A stretch of 47,146 nucleotides of DNA. Source: Octopus bimaculoides. Taxonomy: Eukaryota. Below are positions 1-9,385 of the stretch, one piece after another (the stretch's first letter is position 1; each line of letters starts with the position of its first letter). The position numbers and the translations under genes were made by a program. The notes under the pieces were generated by a model. That model made no database searches. It had not been told where the DNA came from and saw only the letters and a list, made by a program, of their open reading frames with translations. The stretch is taken from positions 12,418,948 to 12,466,093 of the forward strand of contig NC_068982.1 in NCBI RefSeq assembly GCF_001194135.2. The letters are read 5' to 3'.

Positions 1-319
1 ATATATACACACATGGATATATATATCATATATCACTCACTGTATATATATATACATATATGTATACATTTATATAAACGCCAAACACTCACCCACATAC
101 ACCTACACACACACACAAACACACACACATACACACACATCATATATACATGTATCAAGTATCTGTGTTGAAGACATATGAGTAATATCTAGTTTGTCAA
201 CTGCAAGATATATAGTGTTGGAATAGACGCTTCACTAGAGAGGAACTGCAAGTTACTACATTGTGAAAAAATATGCTGCTTTATGACTGATTTCTCTCTT
301 CCTCTCTGTAATTCTGCAG

Positions 320-409
320 TTTAGTTCAAGGAAGATATATTGAAATGAGGAAAGGAAAACGTCATGTGGGATATATTGGTTGTATTGATTGTTTGAATGA
401 TCATTCTGT
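320..409 (+). CDS. Candidate 90-nt internal exon (LVQGRYIEMRKGKRHVGYIGCIDCLNDHS), gene unknown
   Basis: Pyrimidine tract ...ctctctgtaattctgcAG acceptor, GTATGT donor at 410, only one of three frames open, symmetric phase 2-2. Confidence 0.45.
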
Positions 410-499
410 GTATGTTAATATGGTTTTTGTATATAATTATATCAACTCATATTTGTGCTAATGCACATATTTAGAAATTTCTTATGTGTAGAATATGTG

Positions 500-568
500 T
501 ATTTTGTGTGTATTTATCATGCATCTATGTATGCGTGTGTCTGTGCATGTTTATATATATCCATATAC

Positions 569-606
<38 letters not shown>

Positions 607-919
607 ATTTATATATGCGAATTATGTAAATATGTATGTGTATGAGCATGTATATATAATGTATATGTTTCTGTATGTCTGCATATAAATGTGTGTGCGT
701 GTGTGTGTCTTTGTGCCTTTTCATATTAAAGATTGATGCATACATATATCCTCATATCTAGATAAGTTTTAGAGATTGAAATTATGTTAGAAGAAGGAAA
801 TATATGAACAAAGAAGCCAATAATACATATGTATATATATATATATGTGTGTGTGTGCGTGTGTGTACGTATGTATATATGTATGTATGTATATATATGT
901 ATACATACAGATATACATA

Positions 920-981
<62 letters not shown>

Positions 982-1240
982 TGCATATATATATATATAT
1001 ATATATATGTCTAAACATATATATGTGTTTATATGTACAGATGTATATATATTTGTAATATATATTTCTATATATATACACACATGTATACATATAAATC
1101 CATCCACCCACATACATACATACGTACATACATACATACTTACATACATACAGACACATATACATACACAAGCATACAGCCCCACACACATACATATCTA
1201 TATACATGTATATACATATATAACAAATATCTTGTAATAT
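500..1240. repeat. Compound (TA)n/(TG)n/(TACA)n microsatellite block
   Basis: Direct reading; source of the many YIYI/CVCV pseudo-ORFs. Confidence 0.97.
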
Positions 1241-1539
1241 AGAAATTACTTAATATCCGGAACTTAACAATGTTTTTCACTCTGTAAATATCAATCAGAT
1301 TTTAGGAGATGTTTGTTTGTTCGTTTATTTTTCAGGAAAACATTCCTTTTTACTGCTGCTTTTTATTTTTCATACTCTTTTATGCCTATGCTAAATTTCA
1401 GTGTGTTGTCATAGTTACATCAGAAATAGTTGATGTTATTTAAAATTTCCTTTGTTGATGGTATTGATCAAAAGATCTAATGTTATTATTAGCTATAAAT
1501 ATATAAACACTTTAATTATTTTGCCAAAGCTTCTGTTTT

Positions 1540-1850
1540 TTCTACCTTGTTTCTTTTTCCTTCCTTCCAACATTTTATTCTTTCTTTCTATCTTTCTTTC
1601 TTTCTTTCTTTCCTTCCCCCCTCTTCTTTTCCTCATTCCTATTCTTCCTCCTCTTCCTCACTGTCTTGTTCCTTCTCTTTTCCTCTTCATCATCACCCTC
1701 CACCTCTGCCTTCTTGTCATCAGCATGCTCCCCTTCATCCCCTACCCCTTGTTCTCCTCATTCTCTTCCTTGTCCTCCCCTCCTCTCCCTCCTCCTCTTC
1801 TCCGTATTCCTCATCAATCCTTCTCCTCATTTCTGCTCCAAATCCATCTC
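1540..1850. repeat. CT-rich low-complexity tract
   Basis: (CTTT)n/(CCT)n/(CTT)n runs. Confidence 0.9.
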
Positions 1851-2016
1851 CTCTAGATTGTAATCTACATCCCTGCAGTACCCAAACATCATTGGTTTGA
1901 AGAGTTATGTCAAACATGTAGGATGGATCCAGCTACTGGCCAAATTCATTTAACAAGGTTGTCCTCATTTAACAAGGGTGGACAAACAGTACACCAGTAC
2001 TTGCCTCCTTGTGGGT

Positions 2017-2170
2017 CAGTGGTTTTGAAATGGGTTCCATATGACTCTTGGAGGTCCATATAAGATTTTCTTGTTAAAATTTATAAGCAATTAATTGGTT
2101 TTATTTCTACAGTACACAAAATATTTTGGCAATTTTTAATAGAATTCCTAATAATATTTAGATATAAATT
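2017..2170 (+). mobile_element. hAT-like MITE fragment
   Basis: Starts cagtggttttgaa; same internal sequence (ggtccatataagatttt...ttctacagtacacaaaatatttt) as 28477-29035. Confidence 0.55.
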
Positions 2171-2173
2171 TAT

Positions 2174-2698
2174 AACAAGAGCACTCAGAAAGCATAAACC
2201 TCTGCCAAGGCAACACCAACGTCCTCTCAATGATTAGCCAGAGATGATTTTTTTAATGGGAATATTGGAAATAAACTTGACTGCTCTCACAAACGAGAAT
2301 ACTAAAAATGAACCCAACTGCTCTCAAAATTTAAGTTAAAAATAATAATAATAACAAGAGTATTCAGAGAGCGCAAACCTCCAACAAGGCAACATCAACG
2401 TCCTCTCAATGATGAGCCAGAGATGATTTTTAAATTGAAAATATCAGAAATAAACTTGACTGCTCTCCACAAACGAGAATATGAAGAATGAACCCGACCA
2501 CTCTCAAAAATTAAGTAAAAGGACTGGAAAAATAATCCAGAATACTTGTCCAGGACCAGATCGACCCCAAAATCTAATCAGTTCGAACATCTCTGAAAGT
2601 TTCATCTGAATCCATCCAGCGGTTCTTGAGATATCTTGTCCATAGTCAAACAAACAAACACAACTGAAACAGTACTTCCGCCTTAGTGAAGGCGGAGG
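2174..2698 (+). mobile_element. Non-autonomous Helentron/HINE (DINE-1-like) element with duplicated 5' part
   Basis: 5' subterminal cctctgcc mirrors 3' ggcggagg, (CAAA)n microsatellite, 3' hairpin ccgcctt-agtg-aaggcgg; same family at 23651-24391. Confidence 0.6.
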
Positions 2699-2868
2699 AA
2701 ATAAGGCTTTCTTAAACATCAAATGGCTATGAGGGTTTGCACAAATAAAATAGAAATCAAAGGGGTCCCTATGCAAAAAATCGTTGAGAACCACTGGGTT
2801 AGGCTGAAAGAATTGAGAGCAGACATCTTTCACTTCAGTTCAACCCTCATCAACTTTTTCAAGTTGTC

Positions 2869-3065
2869 AATGGCATGGGAGCCAGTCAGGCAGTACTGGC
2901 ACCAACCACGCTCGAATGGTGCTTTTTACATGCCACTGGCATGGGACCAGTCAGGTAGCCCTGGCATCAACCACACTTGTATGGCGCTATTTTCGTGCCA
3001 CTGGCATGGGAGCCAGTCTGGTGGGACTGGCATCGACTATGTTCAAATAGTGCTTTTTACATGTC
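2869..3065 (-). mobile_element. Family D fragment (internal ~60-bp GTGCCAC/GCCAGT tandem units)
   Basis: Matches internal repeats of copies at 26534-26835 and 37278-37775. Confidence 0.75.
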
Positions 3066-3143
3066 AATAAAACAAATACCAGTTGAGTTCTTGGGTCAAT
3101 GTATTCAACTCATCCTCTTCCCCCAAATTTCAGGTTGTGTGCC

Positions 3144-3188
<45 letters not shown>
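3144..3188. repeat. (TTA)n microsatellite; further tracts at 3390-3500, 4070-4132, 5246-5304, 5661-5673
   Basis: Direct reading. Confidence 0.97.
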
Positions 3189-3190
<2 letters not shown>

Positions 3191-3376
3191 GGTTGACTTT
3201 TGCTTTGTATTTGTACAAGCTAACTCCAAGTCTCACCCAGAGATTTCAACAAATTCAAGTTGGTGTTATGACCAGGGTGCCATATTTTTGGTTTTGCACA
3301 TAATATTGTTCTAGAGAATGTCTAAGAAGACATAAGAGAATTATAAGTTTGTTTTAAAATTTGGGATTACATAGAT
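3187..3376 (-). mobile_element. R4/Dong-like RLE non-LTR retrotransposon family F, 3'UTR only (copy 1)
   Basis: Same sequence as the 3' ends of 4133-4945 and 4963-5244; abuts (TAA)n. Confidence 0.8.
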
Positions 3377-3429
3377 ATAAGTTTGTTTTATTATTAACAT
3401 TATTATTATTATTGCTGTCGTTGTTGTTG

Positions 3430-3491
<62 letters not shown>

Positions 3492-3506
3492 GTTATTATT
3501 GTTAGT

Positions 3507-3872
3507 GAGTGAGAGAGCAGTGCATGCCATCAAAGTGACACTGGGATAGAAATATATGAAGCCCAGTATACCCATCATGACTACCCGTTTTTTTAAGGGT
3601 ACACCAGGCATATGCATCACAACCATATGTACGTGACATGGTGATTTCAAATCAAGATTAATAGCATATGACCTTGCAGGTGGGGCCCAGTTAGGATTTT
3701 CTTTAGGTTGAGTAGCTCATCCCACTCAAAATGTCCCTGAATAAGGGTTGTTTAATGATGTTGAATGAAACACCGATGTTTCCAGAGGTGAATTATCCAA
3801 ACACCAAGGAATTCCTCTCAGTACATGTCTATGATGCTCCTCCACTAATTCTACTTGCGATCAGAGATGCAC
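3507..3872 (-). mobile_element. Family G: non-coding TAA-abutting element, copy 1
   Basis: Homologous to 5674-5931; shared end next to (TAA)n, variable opposite end. Confidence 0.75.
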
Positions 3873-4080
3873 CAAGGGACATGATCAACTGGTTAAGGTA
3901 AAACAACTGACAAGCAAACCTGTGGTACTGAGCAGAATATTTACTGTAGCCCATCTTTTTATATCAAGACAAAACGATGTACATGATAACACTTCCAATC
4001 AATTAAGATCAGAAGCCATGAGAGCCACTGCCTGGTACTGCATCCGGACATTTATCACCACCATCATCATTTTATTATTA

Positions 4081-4132
<52 letters not shown>

Positions 4133-4945
4133 GATATGTTTGGCTTTTGCTTTTTATTTGTACAAGTTGACTCCAAGTCTCACCCAGAGACCTCAAGAGA
4201 CAACAAGTTAGAAGTTCAAGTTGGTGTTATGACCAGAGTGCCATATATTTGGTTTTGCACAAAGTATTGTTCTAGAGAATGTCTGTCAGGAGATAAATTA
4301 AATTAGAAGTTTGTTTTAAAAATAATTTGATTATAAGATGATAGTCTGATGTTCAGATGACAGTAAAAGGTGTTTGCTGTTATGTATATTTAAATGTATT
4401 TTGACACAGTTTACAGATTAAAATATTTTGGGGATGACATAAACAATATTTTACATGGGATATGGGCAGTTCTAATGAGCACTTTTTTGAATTTCTTCAA
4501 TTTTGGGATTTCCTGGTATCTGAGCTATGTAGCAATCGGCCCCTTTTGCTATCATTTCTAGGGCACCTATTACAACAGGTATTGTTTTAGTTTTGAGGTT
4601 CTACATTTTGTCAATTTCTATTTCAAGATCTTTATATTTGCTCTGATTTTGGTAGGTCTTGACAAATACATTTATATCGATTGGGACAGTCATTTCGATG
4701 AGGAGGCATGATTTTTGTCTGAAATCCTTCAGTATAGAGTCTGGCCTATTTGCACCTATCTTTCTGTCAGTTTTAAGAAGTGAGATGTGGTCATTTTCAA
4801 GCACTGGCAATAGTTTATGTTCCCACCAGATTTTATCATGGGGCAGGTCCAAGTCTCTTTGCAAATTACTCAGTGAATATACTGTGCTGCTCTATCATGC
4901 CTGTTGAGATACTCCGTAGGTGCAAGAAGACTACACATGGGGACA
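4133..4945 (-). mobile_element. R4/Dong-like non-LTR retrotransposon family F, 5'-truncated, decayed RLE endonuclease
   Basis: Minus-strand translation CSLLAPTEYLNRHDRAAQYIH*VICK...WWEHK...ANRPD...CLLIE...KYKDLEIEI..M*NLKTKTIPVVIGAL; RHD plus PD-(D/E)xK-type pattern of RLE LINEs; stops and frameshifts present. Confidence 0.88.
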
Positions 4946-4962
4946 TGATCATCATTATAATT

Positions 4963-5244
4963 ATATGCTTGACTTTTGCTTTGTAGTTGTACAAGCTGGC
5001 TCCATGTCTCACTCAGAGACCTCAAGTCAGAAGTTCACGTTGGTATTATGTCTAGAGTGTCATATATTTGGTTTTGCACATAGAATTGTTCTAGAGAATA
5101 TTTAAGAAAACAAGAAAATTATAAGTTTGTTTTAAAATTTGAGATTACATAGACAGTATTTTATGTAGGATATGGGCAGTTCCCATGAGCAATATCTTTT
5201 GAATTTTGCCATTTTGGGATTTCCTGGTATCTGAGTTAGGTAGG
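4963..5244 (-). mobile_element. R4/Dong-like family F, copy 3 (C-terminus plus 3'UTR)
   Basis: Translates YLTQIPGNPKMAKIQKILLMGTAHILHKILSM*; flanked by TAA-type tracts. Confidence 0.85.
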
Positions 5245-5245
5245 A

Positions 5246-5304
<59 letters not shown>

Positions 5305-5305
<1 letters not shown>

Positions 5306-5660
5306 CACACAATGGATTAAACTGTTGAAAGAGAAAAATTCCTAACATCGGGCTACAACAAATAACCTTAGATGCCAAGAGCCCTCCTAAGTATCTTAGT
5401 TGTCCCTTATAACACTCTTTTCTGGAGCTGTACCAGACTGGGTTTTAAACCTGTTTCTTCTATCCATCTGTTCAAATCTTTAGGGATAGTCCCTAATGCC
5501 CCTGTAACTACTGTGATACATTTTACCCTCACTTTTTATAGTCTCTGAAATTCAGTAGCTAGGTCTTGGTACTTTGCTATTTTTCTAAACATCTCATATT
5601 AATTTTTTCATCATTTGGGATTGTAAAGTCAATTATCTAGCACTTTCTATTCTCTTTGTC
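5305..5660 (-). mobile_element. Second R4/Dong-like RLE family, 5'-truncated
   Basis: DKENRKC*IIDFTIPND...KYQDLATEFQRL*KV...VVTGALGTIPK...LQKRVL*GTTKILRRALGI* (stop 5368-5370), one frameshift; different short 3'UTR; (TAA)n on both sides. Confidence 0.85.
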
Positions 5661-5673
5661 TATTATTATTATT

Positions 5674-5931
5674 GAGTGAGAGAGCAGTGCATGCCATCAA
5701 AATGACACTGGGGTAAACTATACGAAGTCCAGTATACCCAGCATGACTACCCGTTTAATAAGGGTACACTAGGCACATGCATCACAACCATATGTGCACG
5801 ACATGGTGATCTCATATCAAGATAAACAGTGCATGACCTCGCAGGTGGGGCCCAGTTAGAATTTTCTTCAGGTCGAGTAGCCCATCATGCTCAAAAGGTC
5901 CCTGAATAAGGGTTGTTTAAGGATGTTGAGC
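5674..5931 (-). mobile_element. Family G, copy 2
   Basis: Homologous to 3507-3872. Confidence 0.75.
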
Positions 5932-5958
5932 AAAAAAAGTCAATAAAATTAGTGCTGT

Positions 5959-6426
5959 GGAGGTGCAATGGCCCAGTGTTTAGGGTAGCGAACTCATGGT
6001 CGTAGGATCACAGTTTCGATTCCCAGACTGGGCGTTGTGAATGCTTATTGAGCAAAAACACCTAAAGCTCCATGAGGCTCTGGCAAGGGGTAGTGGTGAA
6101 CCCTGCTGTACTCTTTCACTACAACATTCTCTCACTCTTTCTTCCTGTTTCTATTGTACCTCTATTTCAAAGGAGCCAGCCGTATCACACTCTGTTTCAT
6201 GCTGAATCTCCCCGAGAACTACTACATTAAGGGTACACGTGTCTGTGGAATGCTCAGCCACTTACACGTTAATTTCACAAGCAGGCTGTTCCGTTGATTG
6301 CATCAGCTGGAACCCTCGTCGTCATAACCGACAGAGTGCCACAAAAAAAAAAAAAAATAAGTGCCACAAAAAAAAAATCAGTGCCACAAAAAAAAATAAG
6401 TGTCACAAAATAAAATAAGTGCCACT
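5959..6426 (+). mobile_element. tRNA-derived SINE family C (tail type 1) with reiterated AGTGCCAC(A)n tail
   Basis: A-box tggcccagtg, B-box-like gtttcgattcc; head shared with 18700-19025 and 46129-46410. Confidence 0.85.
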
Positions 6427-6617
6427 GGAGAGGATGTAATTGATTTACTCTCCCCTCTACCTTGAAATTGCTGACCTTGTGCCCAAATTTGAAACCCATA
6501 TTTTAAATTGAACCACTAGACAAGAAATAAACTGTTAGCTTCATGTTTTAGAAAATCTTTTCTACATTTACCTGTAAAAAACTGCACAACAGTTTCTTGG
6601 ATCAAATATTTAACCAA

Positions 6618-6828
6618 GGCAGCAAGCTGGCGAAATGCCTAGCAGTATTTCGTCTGCCATTACGTTCTGAGTTCAAATTCTGCTGAGGTTGATTTTGCCT
6701 TTCAGCCTTTCGAGGTCGATGAAATAAGTACCAGTTATGCACAGGGATCGATGTAATTGACTTAATCCCTTTGTCTGTCCTTGTTTGTCCCCTCTATGTT
6801 TAACACCCCTGTGGGCAATAAAGAAATA
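6618..6828 (+). mobile_element. tRNA-derived SINE family A (tail A1), head partly deleted
   Basis: gttctgagttcaaattc B-box region, gcctttca..cctttcg.ggtcgat core, gtgggcaataaagaaata tail. Confidence 0.88.
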
Positions 6829-7397
6829 AATATTGAATCAAATTTGATTCCATATTCAAATTTATGGAATAACCTAGTGTGCTGCCTCACAGTTCAACTT
6901 AAAACATCCTAAAACAAAATATATACAATACATAAAAATTTATTTTTCATATATCCATATATGAAGAAACTATGATATACACTTGCAGAAGAAAGAATAG
7001 TTAATGTAATTTGGAACAATAAGAAAAATATATTGTTATCACAAGCCAAAACAGAAATGTAGTGAATATACAAATTTATGGAATATTTTAGTCAAATGCT
7101 GATATCTTATAATATTATATATGTTATCATTTATCATTGACTTGTTTCAGTCAGTTATGATTGCAATCTCTAAAAGTTATTGCTTGATTGTTCTCCAGTC
7201 TTGAGTATAATATGCCTCTTGTAATTATTCATAGCATAAAAATCATGTCATATATTCTTTTGGATTTTTAGTTTCCTTCACTAAATCAAGAACTATCTTT
7301 CCTGTAATACAGTTCTATATTTAAGAGATGAGGAATTATGTATATTATTTACATTATTTACATTTGACAGATATTTGTCCTCATCTTGTTTGTTGTT

Positions 7398-7443
7398 AAC
7401 ACAACGTTTTGGCTGATATACCCTCCAGCCTTCGTCAGGTGTC
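7398..7443 (-). ncRNA. Minimal type-I hammerhead ribozyme motif, G12A-mutated
   Basis: gacac-CUGACGA-a-ggcug/cagcc-AAAA-C-GUU-guguu; stem I gacac/guguu, palindromic ACGU stem III. Confidence 0.6.
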
Positions 7444-7511
7444 TTGGGGAAATTTTGAACCTGGGTTCTCATTCCTAAGGTATTTTTCGATGTTATCATC
7501 ATTATTATTAT

Positions 7512-7592
7512 GCCCACAAGCATATGGCATAGTGGTTAAGAGTATGGGATACTAACCCCAAGATCCTGAGTTCGATTCCAAGCAGTGACCTG
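7512..7592 (+). promoter_or_regulatory. tRNA-like head with Pol III A and B boxes (SINE-type, not a functional tRNA)
   Basis: A-box tggcatagtgg 7525-7535, B-box gagttcgattcc 7568-7579, anticodon-like arm ggg-atactaa-ccc; acceptor stem not intact. Confidence 0.75.
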
Positions 7593-7651
7593 AATAATAA
7601 TAATGATAACATCGAAAAATACCTTAGAACCCAGGTTTGAAATTTCCCCAA

Positions 7652-7697
7652 GACACCTAATGAAGGCTGGAGGGTATATCAGCTGAAACATTGTATT
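7652..7697 (+). ncRNA. Minimal type-I hammerhead ribozyme motif, G5A-mutated
   Basis: gacac-CUAAUGA-a-ggcug/cagcu-GAAA-C-AUU-guauu; complements the mutation pattern of the minus-arm copy. Confidence 0.55.
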
Positions 7698-7754
7698 AAC
7701 AGCAAAGAAGATGAGGACAAATATCTGTCAAATGTAAATAATGTAAATAATGTA

Positions 7755-7761
7755 TTTTTTT
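7755..7761 (+). terminator. Putative Pol III terminator (T7)
   Basis: First run of four or more T downstream of the tRNA-like head. Confidence 0.4.
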
Positions 7762-8710
7762 CTGTCTTGGCTGATTTTGGCAAAATAAACTTTTTTTTTT
7801 TTCATTTTTTAAAAAATTCAACAAAAACTTATAAAATGTTTGATGATGTCTTGTGTAACATTACTTTCATCCACTCAGAAGTAGAAATGAAGCAGAAATC
7901 TTAAGGTAATTACCAATGAAAAGGTAGAGATGACTGAAGAAATTAAGAATTAATTTCTCAAAGGTAATTTATATGCTTAAGGAAAAGTCTAGTCTTTGTT
8001 TGTAACACAAAAGACCATATAAACATGTTTCAGTATATTCAAATTAATAAGCACAATACAACCTACTCAGGTTTGCTTGATCTACCAACAAAGATTTCTG
8101 TATGCAGAAGTATTTATATTAAGCCAGATGAAGTAACTCTAACAATAATAGGTTCAGTTTTAAATAATGGTCCAATATAAACAACAATAACATATTGTTA
8201 CAGAGGTTAAAGAACTTAAAGAACCGGTGATAGAAATTCAAACCATTGAATGAATATATTGTATTATAGAAAAAGGCATTTATAGTTATTTGACTTGGCT
8301 ACTGTTTCTAATAGGGAAGGTAAAAAAAAAAAAAAGAAAAACTGAAACCTAAATTTGAAATTAGGTTTATTGGGTACATGATAATTGAAGTGTTCACATA
8401 AATTTTGGAAGACCATTTCTAAAGTTTCAATTCTTTTCTTAATTACATACTGCATGAATAGAAATATAAGTAAAACAATATTATTGTCAGTCGGTAAGCA
8501 ACATTCCAAATCTAATCAAATAAGGTCAATAGAATTTGATATGCTTAAATAGAAATGCCAACTTGGTGCATACAATACTAGCAAATCCTAAATTGGAGGA
8601 ACATGTCTAAAAAACAATAAAAGCCAACTGAAAAAAATTAAACTTCAGAGCCACATGTAATGAGACTGAAATTGGTAGGTAGTTAGGTACATATAAGATT
8701 GTCAATATAT

Positions 8711-8920
8711 GGCGAGCTGGTAGTAACGTTAGCACGCTGGGTGAAATACTTAGCGGTATTTCATCTGTCTTAACGTTCTGAGTTCAAATTCCGCCGGTGT
8801 CAACTTTGCCTTTCATCCTTTCAGGGTTGATAAATTAAGTACCAGTTGCATACTGGGGTCGATCTAATCGACTGGCCCCCTCCCCCCAAATTTCGGGCCT
8901 TGTGCCTAGAGTAGAAAAGA
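8711..8920 (+). mobile_element. SINE family A (tail A2)
   Basis: Full head ggcgagctgg...; tail ggccccctccccccaaatttcgggccttgtgcctagagtagaaaaga. Confidence 0.92.
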
Positions 8921-8926
8921 ATATAT

Positions 8927-9155
8927 GGTGAGCTGGTAGAAATGTTAACACACCTGGCAAAATGCTTAGTGGTATTTCATCTGCTGTTACGTTCAGAGTT
9001 CAAATTCTGCCAAGGTCGACATTGCCTTTTGTCCTTTTGGGGTTGATTAAATAAGTACCAGTTATGCACCGGGGTCAACATAATCGAATTAATCCCTTTG
9101 TCTGTGCTTGTTTGTCCCCTCTATGTTTAGCCCTCTGTGAGCAATAAAGAAATAA
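8927..9155 (+). mobile_element. SINE family A (tail A1), tandem to previous
   Basis: Full head plus A1 tail. Confidence 0.92.
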
Positions 9156-9167
9156 ATATATATTTAA

Positions 9168-9385
9168 CCCTTTACCATTAAATGGGCTGTATTTGGCTCA
9201 AATATTTTACTTGTTTTATGTTGAAACTAGATAGGTTTGGCCTTTCACACTTACCCTACATTGTCATTCTAAAATTTAACAGCTATAATTGAAATTTCAA
9301 AGCTGGAGAATAATGTATGATTAGTTAAAAAAAAAAGTGAATAAATAAGTATTACATTTCACAGAATAATCTGGAAGCTAAAGGG
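9168..9385. mobile_element. piggyBac-like MITE
   Basis: TTAA on both sides, CCCTTTA...TAAAGGG termini. Confidence 0.7.

Larger units (their letters stand above)
7341..7754. mobile_element. Fold-back element: inverted Penelope-pLTR-like arms (7341-7511, 7593-7754) around a tRNA-like head
   Basis: Arms are near-perfect reverse complements; each carries a hammerhead-like core. Confidence 0.8.

Noticed and set aside
455-1242. Many 60-140 aa ORFs ([12 protein letters not shown])
   Set aside because: Translations of dinucleotide microsatellites; the same applies to ORFs at 16024, 25081, 35400, 36017, 39011 and 46737
6335-6426. CRISPR-like repeat-spacer appearance (also D-family 60-bp units)
   Set aside because: Spacers are A-runs or homologous to each other; eukaryotic SINE context; no cas genes
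7512-7592. Possible tRNA gene (also SINE A/B/C/J heads)
   Set aside because: A and B boxes present but no intact acceptor stem or cloverleaf; runs into repeat body
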